Assembly: GCA_904063045.1 (NCBI GenBank)
Contig: CAJFCJ010000019.1
Location: 3,168,684 to 3,232,683 of the forward strand
DNA: 64,000 nucleotides
Reading direction: 5' to 3'
Origin: Dimorphilus gyrociliatus
Lineage: Eukaryota; Animalia; Annelida
Part shown: positions 13,501-28,006 of the stretch, in pieces
Layout: the number at the start of each line of letters is the position of its first letter
Position numbering within the stretch: position 1 is the stretch's first letter
The notes under the pieces: generated by a model
Told to the model about the DNA's origin: nothing
What the model saw: only the letters and a program-made list of their open reading frames with translations
Database searches by the model: none
Translations under genes and position numbers: made by a program

Positions 13501-15764
13501 TTGTTAGTTATCGGGCCGTTGATCATGCTAATTATCTGCCGCGTGTGTTGCGCATGCGTTCTCTCGATAGATGCATGTGAAGAGAAGTGTGAACTGTACG
13601 TTTGCCTGGGAGCCTTGATGAGGGTTCGCGCTTATGCGTTTTTATATCGTCGCCAAAGGCGGCAAGTTCGCTTTGATGCGGTCATTTTTTATCTGCGGGT
13701 CAAAGTATTTCTTAATCCAAATAGCCCCTACCTAATTTTACGCGGCTCGTCTTGAATTCCAACACTCATTTTTAGGTTTTTTCCTTTCAATTACCAATTA
13801 CATACGTGCGACTTGGCGCGGACATTGTCCGTTCTCCGAACAGGGATTAAGTTGAAGCAATCACGCGTGCATGACGTCATTAACGGACAGGCGCCGCTCG
13901 CTCGTCAGGAATAAGGAGAACTGATACGCCGATAAAGGAGTATGTTTATTTTGAAGAGAGCTACAGTTTAATGCAGGCTATATCAATGACAAGCACCATG
14001 GTGCAATGTGAGATAAGCAATTCTGACTGGGGCACAGTGGCAGTGAGAGATTGCGCTCGAGGTCAACTTTCTGCACGTTGAGTCGAGTGTTTTTATGTAA
14101 AACTCACAGTTTTTACTTCTCCTGCAATCAAACAGGCGTGATTAAATGATGTCAGACACACAGCCCTTCTGAATATGACACAATCTAATTTTTTTCTACC
14201 GCCCAATTGTTATATATATACGCGTCATAGTGCTGCATCCATCATCCAACTCAATCAGAGCGTCTCATGCTTCGTAGGCTCAGTATTTCGGTAGTTTTTA
14301 TACAGACTTCGATTTGTATGTTTGCTGGCCTGTTATTAACCATCTATCACATGAGAATTTGATAACACTAAAGAAATCTAAAGATTTCAGGGACGAATGT
14401 TTTGGTTCAGTATATGTGTTATGTATACTTTTTTGTATACGTGAAATATTTATAATGAATATAAATGTTGAAAATACTATAAAATTCTTTGTTGATTTAC
14501 AACTTTTAGCGGTATGCTTTAATTGTTGCGCAGGCGCATCTAAATTATTTGGTAGTGGACATTCCAAATCGTAAATTTTCTCGAAGTAGGAGAATGAAAC
14601 TATCTAATACAGCATTTTTTTTATCAGATTCTGCAAATTATTGTTGATAGCCCTATAAAATATTCTTTATAATTAAGTCGGGATAAATATCTTTATTTGA
14701 GATTGCTTAAAAATGCATCGTCCTAAGAAAACAAGTTAGCATCATTTTTTACCGCAAAACGGCAGCAGTTCAGCTTCAGGAGTGCGTGATTTATACAACA
14801 AAAACACAAAGGCAACGATTTCGATTCTTCGTATGTATATAAAAGGAGAACTTTTCTGTTAGTCCGCAAATTATACGAGTGCATTATACTATAATTTTTT
14901 TAATCGTATGTTTAAAGTAATGAACATGCACGATCGGATATGTCCGAATTCTCAATCTCATTGGCACAAAATACATATACAAATAATATAAATATTTTTA
15001 AGCAATATACTTTACATTTACATACATAAATATAGGTATATATATAAATATGATACATGTTCTTATTAATATGAAAGTTAAAATAATCGACAAAGAATAA
15101 ATAGTAAAACAATAGTGTTTACATTTACTGCATAAATAAGCTTGAACGAATGACTTAGAAAATTTTATCGGCAGATTTTTTGAGATCTTATACAAGTGAC
15201 AGTTGTAATTATTGATATTTTCTTTTTTGTTGAATAGTCCTGACCTCGAACACGTAAATAAATGTATTTATACCAACAAGAGCACTAGTAAGTATATCCG
15301 CCACTAATCGGCTATTACCCTGTATAACAATACAGCTTTCTTGATAATAAAAAAAAAGAAAAAGAAAAATTTTTCGGAAATTTTCAACAAAAAAAGAATA
15401 AAACTACAATGTTTGAGCGTTTATGACGATTGAACAGAACATAAATATATGGCATTCATTTGCAGAACAAAACAAACGCTAAATGTGAAAACAAATGCAA
15501 AATATAACAAGGTTAGAAAACAAGATGTGAATTCTTTTCTTTGTTTTTATACATGATTTTTTTTTTTTGGGTTTTGAACCGAATTAGATTCGTGACTCAC
15601 TGATTGTAGCACATAATTTTTTTTAACATACAAGAAAAATAAATGCGATAGGTCTTCAAAAGCAACGGTTTAAACAAAAAAAAAAGATTCTTTAATATAT
15701 ATATATGTTTGTGTATGAGTGTGTGTTTTTTTTCCTTTTAAAATTTCTATACACAACTAATCTC

Positions 15765-17650
<1,886 letters not shown>

Positions 17651-20600
17651 TTACCTAGGAAACAACTTCCATATAAGGCAATCTGGGGTGAAAGGGGCGG
17701 GACCTGGTGAATGCGAGGGCGCTACGGGCACTGCCATTCACCTACCTTTCGTTCTTCATTGGTCACCTATCTTATGAATATTAATTGGCTTCCCTATCGG
17801 CTAGAGGGCGAGGCGGGGCAAAATGGCTGCCATACAGCTACTGTATACGACAAAAAGTCTTCTCTAAAAAGCGCGCGTCAATTATGTTTGAACGCAGAGG
17901 CTGGAAATCAGTCGTGGATAAAAATGGAAGAGTTGCAATTATTCCAGGTGAGGTTGTTTTCTTATCTTTTCTTATCTTCTATCATATTTTGCTCTTAGTT
18001 TATTGCTCAATTGATTATTTTTTAAATGCATCATTCAAAATTTGGGTTTATTTTCTTAATATATGATTATCTTTGGTTTCATTTAAAAATGGCCTTTTAC
18101 TAACTTGTAAGGAAAATGGTAGTTTAAGCAAGTCACTAAATAACTACATGCAATGTACAATACATTGCGAGTAGCATTTATAGATGTATATATCTATATA
18201 TATATATATATGTAAGAATCGCATATTAATATTTCTACCAACCAAAAGATATGATGTATATAATCAATATATATCTATATAGCTATATATATAAATATAT
18301 ATATATAAATGGAACGTTTATTAACTGTTATATGAAGTGCGTTTGCGAGAGTTTGTCGTGACTAAACAAGCCGAGTGGCAAGATTATATGGTACGCGTTT
18401 AATTCGATACAGCAGCCGGTATTGTGCGACCTCTCAGCTGTTGTTCGACCTTTAACCCAATTCCGATCGAGCATGCGCAAATGTAGTATATGAGTAAGTG
18501 CACACAGCGGTTCTGCAGAAATTTATCTCCTATAACTTCTAATTGGACCTTCTTTATAATATGATCAATAGAAGTTTAATTATAAACTAAATTTCCTATT
18601 TTTAAAGCGTATGATTGATTGAAATTCTACATTCATCCGGAAAAAATTTTATGTGAATAAATTTAAATTTAATACACATATCGATGTGCATACAGGAAGG
18701 GGAAAAGGAAAAGGAAGAATGAAAGACAGGCATCTCGCTTGAAAGATGACGAATTACTTAGCTTGTCAACAGCCGTGGGAAAGGAGTGCCCAAAAGCCTG
18801 ACAGCGCAATTACAAAGTGTAAAGGCTTTGACGTCACAATGGTCAACGGATAGTCTATATAGTAGCCTGTGGGCTACATAACGGCGTGTTTTCGACTGAA
18901 GCCTCCTCTTCTAGAGTGTGCCTCGCACGCGACGTTCGGAATGTTTTAAGTACTATGTTTTATTTAATTGCTTCCCCTCGGGCGAACGGCTATCAAACTG
19001 TCGTTTATAACTGTTTTGACGCCTTTTTCAATTGCTTTTTGCGTTAATTACAATTATATGCTCTTTTAAAACCAAAATGTTGTCTATATAATATGTTTAC
19101 TAATATTGCTACCTTAAATGCACTCATTTTTAGGTTAAGAACAAAGTAAAATAGATTTAACATCTATAGGAAAAATATTCATAACAACAACATATTTACG
19201 AGCACATGCACTATATGAATATATAATTCAATGAAAACAAGGGGCATTATGCGCCTCACCACTCCGCCTAGATATAATTTGATTGTTTTCGCCTCCAATT
19301 TCTGCCAACACCATACACCTTCGTTTACTTAGAAGCCACAGTGTTGATTCAGTTTCGTAGATACCTTCGAAAGTTAGATCTTAAAAAAATGACTTTTAAT
19401 TTATTATACATTGTTAAATTTAAGCATATTTAATAATAAAAATATTTTTAGTCTATAGGAAACGATGCTACATTGTCCCTGCCAAAAAAATTGCATACGT
19501 ATATAGAGATAGGAATTAAGTGTTCGTGAGTATTTATATGCAAATCGCTTACGCAATAATAAATATAAAGGAAAGCGTATATATTATTAACTGCCTTTAG
19601 CAATACTTACTTGTGCGCACCCGGAAAGAGTGCGTTTATAGACGACATCGTAGTACACGATTTATGTTATATACTGTATTATAGAGTAGCCGCGGACAGG
19701 GAGAAAGCTATTAATTGTAATTTCGCTGTATTTGAAATATTGGCGGTGCGTCACACTTATCAGCTTTCGGTGATTATAGAGAATGAGAGTATATATTTAT
19801 AACGTACTACATATAGCTCCTCCCAGCCTCACGCAAATTTTCCATCATCCCTCGGCCGTTCAGAAGAAAAAATAAAACGACAACCGTCCGTATATAATCG
19901 TATTAATTAGCAAGTGCACCATAGCACGCGGCACGTGCGTGAGCTAGCGCGTTAATTAGCGTAAGCACTAATTAGGAGAGGAGGCGGCCACATGTCAAGG
20001 CTTTCAACGTTGAGAAGAACGGCGTTCCATACCTAATCAATAAAGATCAATACTATATATATATATATCTATATAACTATACAGTATATTATACATTTAC
20101 TGTACAATTTTAGAGTTATATATATACAACATATTAATCATTTTAGAATTCTGACTATCAATTTAATGTTCTTTTGCATAAAAGTTATATTAAAAATCGA
20201 AAAATGGAGTTATCTAGTAGTGAAAGGTGAAATATAACAAGTTCGACTCGTACAAGATCAGAGGGCGTCTAACCGACCACGCCTCAAACTTAGCCTCAGT
20301 ACTGACCCCCGCCAGGGCGAAACAAAAGACAAACGAGCGACGTTAACGCAAGCCAGATGCTAATCTCCATCAAAATGCTAATCCGAACTAAACGCAAACG
20401 CGGAATGAGGTCAGGCAACAACTGTTCGGGTCACCGCATTGACCTCAACGGGGTATCGGATGTCGTGGGTTATGTAAGTTGTTTTTCACCCCCAAAAGAA
20501 GGGTATTTATATTTTTTATTATTCTTTACCTTTGGCAGAAGCAAGTCTATAAAAATTCTTTATAAATTTAATAATAGGCTAATCAAAAGATAGTTAGGTT

Positions 20601-23600
20601 TAAAATAATTTTGAATCATATATAACGATAAATTATTGTATTGTTGACGTTATATTTTGTCTTATTTTAATGGAATAGCCTTAATACATCCTACGTAAAT
20701 TTATGAATTAATACTTTTACGCAGTATATTTTGTATATATTATAAAAGTGTGTATATATAAAGCATTATTCATTCAGCCTGCACCTCGTAAATAGAACAT
20801 TTCGTAATATTATCCGCAAACTACAACCGCCATCGGCAATGGGTTTTTATCTGATATTCGAGGCGGCTTTTTCCTCATTCGTATAGATTCGCAACGGCCG
20901 ACAGGGAATGGGACCATCAATATAACTGTGTATGAATATGCATACTGTATGATAATCGGACCAAAATAAGTAAAATATTTGCATTGATGAAAACGATCCT
21001 TCATATTCTTTATAGTATACATACGATATGCATAAAAATATATGTACAATTTATACAGTATATATATATATACTGTATATATACTGTATATATGCCTTTA
21101 TGAGATAAAAGAGGCTAAAGTTCACGACATTCATATCAAAGGCCAAATTGATGGGGCGACGGAAGGTCTCGAAGGCGAGGCGCACGCCACGACCATAGTT
21201 AACATTCCGTTGTCACTGGTTTATCTTTGACTTGCCATCACGCTGAAGTGATCAGAAAGAGGGATAGAGAGTAAAGGAAAAGTGGTAATATAAAGAAAGC
21301 AATGAATGCATGCATGTACGTGTATATACGTGCCTATGTATAAAGTGTACGCTTTGTGTATACATACTGTGAAAGAGAGAGGCTTTGCTGACAGACATCT
21401 TGCGTACCCAGGTTCTGTTCGATTGTCTTTTTTTGCTGCTCTATATATTCGCCTACGATTCGGTCTTTAAAGTTTTAAGTATACTTATTCTTTAAGGTCA
21501 TTCCTTGTGCATGATTTTTTGCCACATGAATTTTTACCTCACTTTCTATACTCCTGGAACAGCGACAATAAGTGGGCAGTGAATGAGGCACTTGACAACT
21601 CGGCAATGGACATTAGATTCAATTAGGGCGTCGTGCCCCCGCATTGCCCAATGCTGCGCATGCAGGATAGCAGAGTAATATAGAAGAGACGGAAATACAC
21701 GACGAGTTAGATTGACGAGCGTATTGAATGGCCGACGGTTCTATACGCAATGTGATATCGCAGTCGAATGATTCGCCACAATCGAACTGTTCAAGCGACG
21801 GGCCTGAGAAATGCGTTGTGAGAAAGTCGCTCCCTTCTCGCCCTAACACAAACAACAACTTCAAAAGACGCCCGTTTGACGGTTTGCACATGTCTGCGGT
21901 TTGTCACAACAGGTATAGTGCGTGCACAACCATTTTAGAGAGTTGTAGACATTTTTTTCCTATCAGTCTTTCGCTCGGGTTTTTTTCTTTCCTCACAGGG
22001 TCAACAGTATAAGCGTTTTATTTACTCGAGCAATTGTGAACGTTTGTTAAGCTCGCCCTTACTCGATTATATAGCTTACACAAGCACAGAGTTTTTCAAT
22101 CTTTACCGGTTGGCCTACTTTTTTGTCCATCGCCCTATTATTTATAAACATCGTTCACCTTATCCGACCTACCTGACCCGATGGGGTGAGGCTATATAGA
22201 TATATACCCTCCCGCCACTCATTTTTTACTCTCTTCAATATAGAATCGATTTCTCTCTTTATGCCTTGTATGTGGTATGCACCTTATTTCTATTTCGCTT
22301 TCTCTCTACTCTCACCTCACGTATATATACAAAATTTCATACGCGGCTCTCGCTTTCGCTCCCACGCCGTGAACTTCAAAGTAATGCCGCCGTTGAAAAA
22401 TAGCAGTGACGGCACTTGACGCTAGCCTCCTACCACATCATCGCCACAGGCTTTTTCATTTTTACCTCTCTCGGTTTTAATATTTTTACACTGTTTAGCG
22501 GAAACCATACCGCACTGAAGCTCTTTAGCAATTGTTATTGTTATTATGGTATACCTCATCTATGTACGTGATTGTGCAAAGGAAGAAACGTCGCTATCCT
22601 AATCGTTTCTCTAAGAGACGTTCATTGTGATGCGACACGTCTCTTTATAATGAGTGGAGTATAAGTTTAGCGCTGATATGGCTTGATGTGACACTGATGA
22701 ATGTGCAGCGGTGCGTGTTAGTGGCGAGAAACGGCGTGGTTTGTTTGCCGCGCGTGTAGCAAAAGATAAGGGGACGGACGGCGGCTAATGAGAGTTAGAT
22801 AAGAGCAGTAAATCAATTAACGACCTGTTAAATGAGCGTCGCGTGTATATATAAGCTATCGGTTGAGAATGACCCTTCACCTCGTCGGGTCACCTCTCTT
22901 TACGTAGCCCCTACATGCAGCATATTTTTTCCACATTTAAGCAATTAATATCCTCACTGTTGTAATAAACCAACGAGTTGCAGGCAGTTTCCATATCCCT
23001 CTAATAAACGAATTATCATGTACTTTTAATCAATCATCCTTTATATTTACGTCTGAAATATTGTTGTTTATCCTTGAAAAATCTTTCAAACTTTTATTTA
23101 ATTTATTTTAAGCAAACTCGATAGTTAGGAAAGCTATCATCTTAAGACAGGTAGGTTAATGTAAAATAGAGTACAGGAGAGTGACGAGCTTATGAAGGAA
23201 GCAAGCGCTTTTATAAAGAATTTAACGTGAGAAAAAATGTATAGTGCGTGCCCTGTGACCTTAGAGGCGAGCATTTTCGGTCGAGGGACGCATTCTTCTT
23301 TCCCACGCTTGCGTACAGCGTCCGACATACGACACAAAGCGCGCATTTTATCCAAACATACGCGCGTCGCAATTACGCGTTTGCGCCTGTCATTCAACTG
23401 CTTTTTTCTGAAAGAAGAACCGAGAGATTTTTACCTACAATACGTATCAAATAATCACATTTTTATTACTTTCATTGATAAAAAAAATGCATGTGTGCAA
23501 ATATAAATGAGTAAATACATAAATATGTATAAATGAGTTTGTATCTGTGTATGTATTCGAAAAGGAAAAAAACTATACTCAGTAAACATACACTAAGAAA

Positions 23601-26600
23601 ATAGCAAAGAAAACAAGTGCCTAACGAGAGGAGTGTGAAGGTCGCCTACTGCCTGGGAATAACCTTTCACTCACTCGATTTCAACGACCTCTATCGGTTC
23701 TTCGACCAATTGCTAACCACTAATTAATGTCCGTGCTGCGAATTTCTGTCTCACTTATTTCAAGGAATACAAATAATAGAAATAAAATATTATGATCCCA
23801 AGATACATCAAAATAGATAAAACCTTTCTTTTTGTAATCTTTTTTTCATGAATTATTATTGTCCACTCTTAAATATGTAATAGTCGACAAATATGGATAG
23901 AAATTTTATATTCATCATGATATTGTTAGATACAGTCATACTTATTATACACTATATCATTCGATTATAGACGCACCATTACTGCATCGCTTTGTTAGAA
24001 GGCGCGTACTTCAAATCGCCAGGGTAACAACTCGTAATGAAATGTCAATAGCGAAGGCGTGCACTAAACCCATCCTACAAACAGACGTGCGTGTATGCAG
24101 TTTCCCTTTTTTTCATCCATTTTCAATTTCGTAGCCAGGTAGCACCACCCAATCTGCATAATCGAATTTAGTCGGCTACAGGCTTCGTCGTTTCTTAATC
24201 CTCTCTACAACTGCTTCTTACATCTGTAACCAACACCACGATATATTCTAGGTAATTTACCACTCGAAGTGATATTCGGCAATGTTTTTGAATTACAAAT
24301 ACTCATTTATATCTTGGCAATTATAGCTAAGCATTTTGCGCAATACCGTTTTGCGATTCCGGCGAGCGTCTCTATTGCCGTAAGTGGCTGTGGGTGGGTG
24401 TGCTTCTGTTTTGCATTCAGATTATTCTGCCAATCAGTTCATGCATGAGTGCATCTGTCGATCCATGTGAAAAATGGAAATTGTCCGACAGATCGTTGTC
24501 AAACGTGCCTCAATTATTGCGATGCTCACCAGCGTCGTTTTTTTGTTGGATTTAGTTTTTTTTGCAAAGAGAGCACGTTGTCGCTTAGGAATCATTTTAT
24601 TAACTTTTATAGTGACGAATTATATTCCTATAGAAAAAGTAGAATCTGAGGAAAAAATAAACACAGATAAAGCAGTGAGAAAGACAGCACCATCTGTTGT
24701 TTGAACTCTGACCCGAACTGGCAACACCTAATCCAGCCTGACCTCATTTCAGTGGCCAGTAAAGTTCTCTTTGAAGTGTATCGATTGCCGATCGCACAAC
24801 CTACTCGTCTGGAAAAGGTATATAGGGCGTATGTACGTTAATTACATCGATTATAAGATATGTACGGTTGGGTGTACATACACGTTCTTTATACATTTTC
24901 TTGTTCTCGTGAAGTAACATCAGCTACTGGAATTGTATACTCTTTAACCAGGAAGGTAATATGAATGTGTGCTATCCTCCAACTGCTATCCTCTTATATG
25001 TTTATAAGACACGCACTCACAGCTTGAAGCGTCTCTTGGCGCGTGATGTAACTGACGTCTGCAGTCGTCTCATCAGCACGTCAAACAACCTTGCACCGTC
25101 ACATGCTAATGACGCTCAAGCTAATTTAATATTTGCAACTCACCATCTCACTAACCCCGACTCTCTTCCGGTGAGGGGCTGAAAAGACTATAATTATATA
25201 CTCTATACACTGTGGGCTATGGTATTGCTGAGTATAGACGTATATAGCGATTGGGATTGAGGCGTGGCTAAGAGACGTTCTTCGCGACGCGGCTTATGCG
25301 ACGCCCTCAAAAGCGCATCCATCACGCCACTATCGTCGCAAACCGACGCCGAGCAAACTAATTGAAGCTTCGTTGACGCCCGGAAGATTGGTCTATTTGC
25401 ATAGAATCGACTGCTTCGTATATGAAAATACACCACATAGATTTAAATATTGCATACCACCATTATAATTGTTAGATAGAATATGCTGCAACCACAAAGC
25501 CCATTCAGAGTGGAGTCCTCTTAATGTTCTTAACGTATTACGCGGCTCACCGCAACAACATCACCTGAGCGACCGCAATACGACACGCGACACGCAAACT
25601 GGAGAGGTGAAGGTCACGGCCTCTTCGGCTACAGGGGTCGAATAGCCAACGACGTTCGAGCGTGCGCTACCGCAGAAAGGAGTTAACTTAATTAGTGGTC
25701 GCCGGTCACTGGTCAGTGGCAGCCTACAGCGTATAATCTATATTGCTGTAGCTATATTAACGCCGCTACTGCATCATGCAGTCTCTTAACAAGGCAGCCT
25801 TCAAGTTCATTTCCTGCCGCTCGAGGGCAAGCCACAATAATCAGCTTCCAGCACACAGTGTATTTAGATTTCAAAGGCTCTAATCACGAAAGGGGCGTCG
25901 AAGGTGAACAAAGCGTCACTAGTCGCCACTTCAAAGACCCGCTGAGGTTAGCGTCCGAGGGCGTCTCTAGACGGAAATTTTTCGCTCAACATTCAGATAT
26001 TCGATAACGTCAAAATTGAGACTGCACGCAGCATTCCCTACGTTAAAATCTCCAGCCGTGCTAGCGTGAGCCGCTAGGCGACAAGGAATGCTTTTGAAGA
26101 AATTGAAAACCTTCTATGCAGATATAGAGCTTTTGAAAAAAAAATTATATATATACGGTACATATATCTATTTATTAAGCGACGAATGAATTTGAGAGTT
26201 TTATATCAAGAATAAAGAAGCTTATATAGCTAAGAGAAAAGCTTTTACTTTTCAGTTCAAAAATGTAATAACTCTTTTTTATCTTGCCAGAATTGCTTCC
26301 TGAACTCGCATGGTTAAAGCGAGAACTCTTTTCTTACCGATTTTAGCAATTTCGAATGTTTTAGAAGTGCTTTTTGAAATTTTAGATTTCTTCTAGATTT
26401 TTTCTTTTTATTTAATAATATGTAAATTAAAATACCAAGCTTTGGAAACGCAGTTGTTAGCACAAGTAAGTAGCGCGCAGTAAATATCGTCCCAACTATT
26501 GTAGTCTACTTGACATTTTTCTACAGTCGAGTGCAGGTGGCAGGCTTTTCTATATGAGAATTCCTGATCTTTGAGCGGACGGAATTGGCGTAAAATGATT

Positions 26601-27800
26601 AAAATGATTATGAGAATCGCGATAGGGAAATCTATAGGAAAACGCGAAAGTGGTTGAAAGCCTCTGAGAATAAACAGGATAAAACACAATATATTAATTG
26701 ATTTATGAAAATCTTGTATGTATTTCATAAAGAAAGATTTGAAATTATAAACTAAAAATATCTCGAAATAGCAAATGGCATAGTTGAGCATTTTTCTTCG
26801 ACCCGCACTCGACCATAAATCAAACATGTTTGTAGTTTCTTTCACTTTCTCACGCGGCTTTAAACGTCTGCCTCTTGTGATGCATCTTTACGTCTGAATG
26901 ACCGTTGGTCAACGGGGCTGCCAGATATGCCTTTTCCGCTTTACGAATGGAATTAAAACGTGGAGACTAGCATGTGTGCCACACTTCCTCCTGACACAGC
27001 AATGGGAAAACGATGAGCGAGCAAGTGTGAAAAATCAATCATTATCCGTTTATGATTACTGTACACTACCGGTTCGCAACTAGTTTAACTTTAAGATTTT
27101 ATTATCAAATTAATATTTGAATGTATAATTCGCAAACCAGTAAGTAGGTGCATAACTGTAAAGCCAGGTGTGTACACCTCAGTGGGAGCCTCTACACCTT
27201 CCATATTCAAACAACTAGAACGTTTTTCAGAGTTAGCCCGCAGCCATTTGCCAAATTTGCTATGCATCTCGGTGAGAAATGCAATTGGCCGCTGGCTATT
27301 GAAATATTATTGCATGATATGACGTTCTACTAAAAAACATACGTTCGCTACCGACAGTTTTAGTTTGTTTACTTTTATGGTTATAGGTCACAAATATCAA
27401 GTATAAGGCAGTAGATGGCGTTTTCTCTTCCCATATGAAACACTATAGCGTTTTTTTACGAAGTAGTTTCATATATACCCGATAGATGGGGCTTGTGGTA
27501 CTAAAGACCTTTTGCGACATCTATAGTATATACTCGTCCCAAATTAGTATGCAAAATTATTAAAAATTCATCTAGTAGCAATGTTTACCACAATAGTGTT
27601 TTCGAGTTATTAAGTACATAACTTAAATAAGATAGTAACTTTGCATTACATCAAATATAAGATTTTTATCATAAAAATGAATAAAAAGTTATTTTAAAGC
27701 ATTTTAACTGATACAGATTTTATCAAAATGTATAATGTACAAATGAAAAATGTTCCTCTTTTATAAAGGATTTTCTAGGATTAAAAAAGGTTCGTGTAAA

Positions 27801-27814
27801 TCGATAGATGGCGC
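27801..27814 (+). promoter_or_regulatory. CTCF-like motif, one of a cluster at 27.4-28.5 kb
   Basis: TCGATAGATGGCGC; related motifs at 27408, 27514 and 28531. Confidence 0.35.
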
Positions 27815-28006
27815 AACAGTGATAACAAAGTCTGTCCAGAAAAACTGAACAGCCGGCGCTGCTTACAAAATAAAGAAACAAACAGGGCGACCGTTAGAGG
27901 GCTCTAGTGTCCTCAGATGTAGGCTGACGCAAAGCGATCAATTTCTGTTTGTAGTGATGCTCGGTACTGCTGCTGTACATTCTACTTTTTGAGCGACGGT
28001 AAAATT

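Noticed and set aside
21053-21092. TATACAGTATA...TATACTGTATA palindromes (also near 41079-41112)
   Set aside because: Explained by TA-microsatellite context; no terminal inverted repeat or target-site duplication structure of a MITE.
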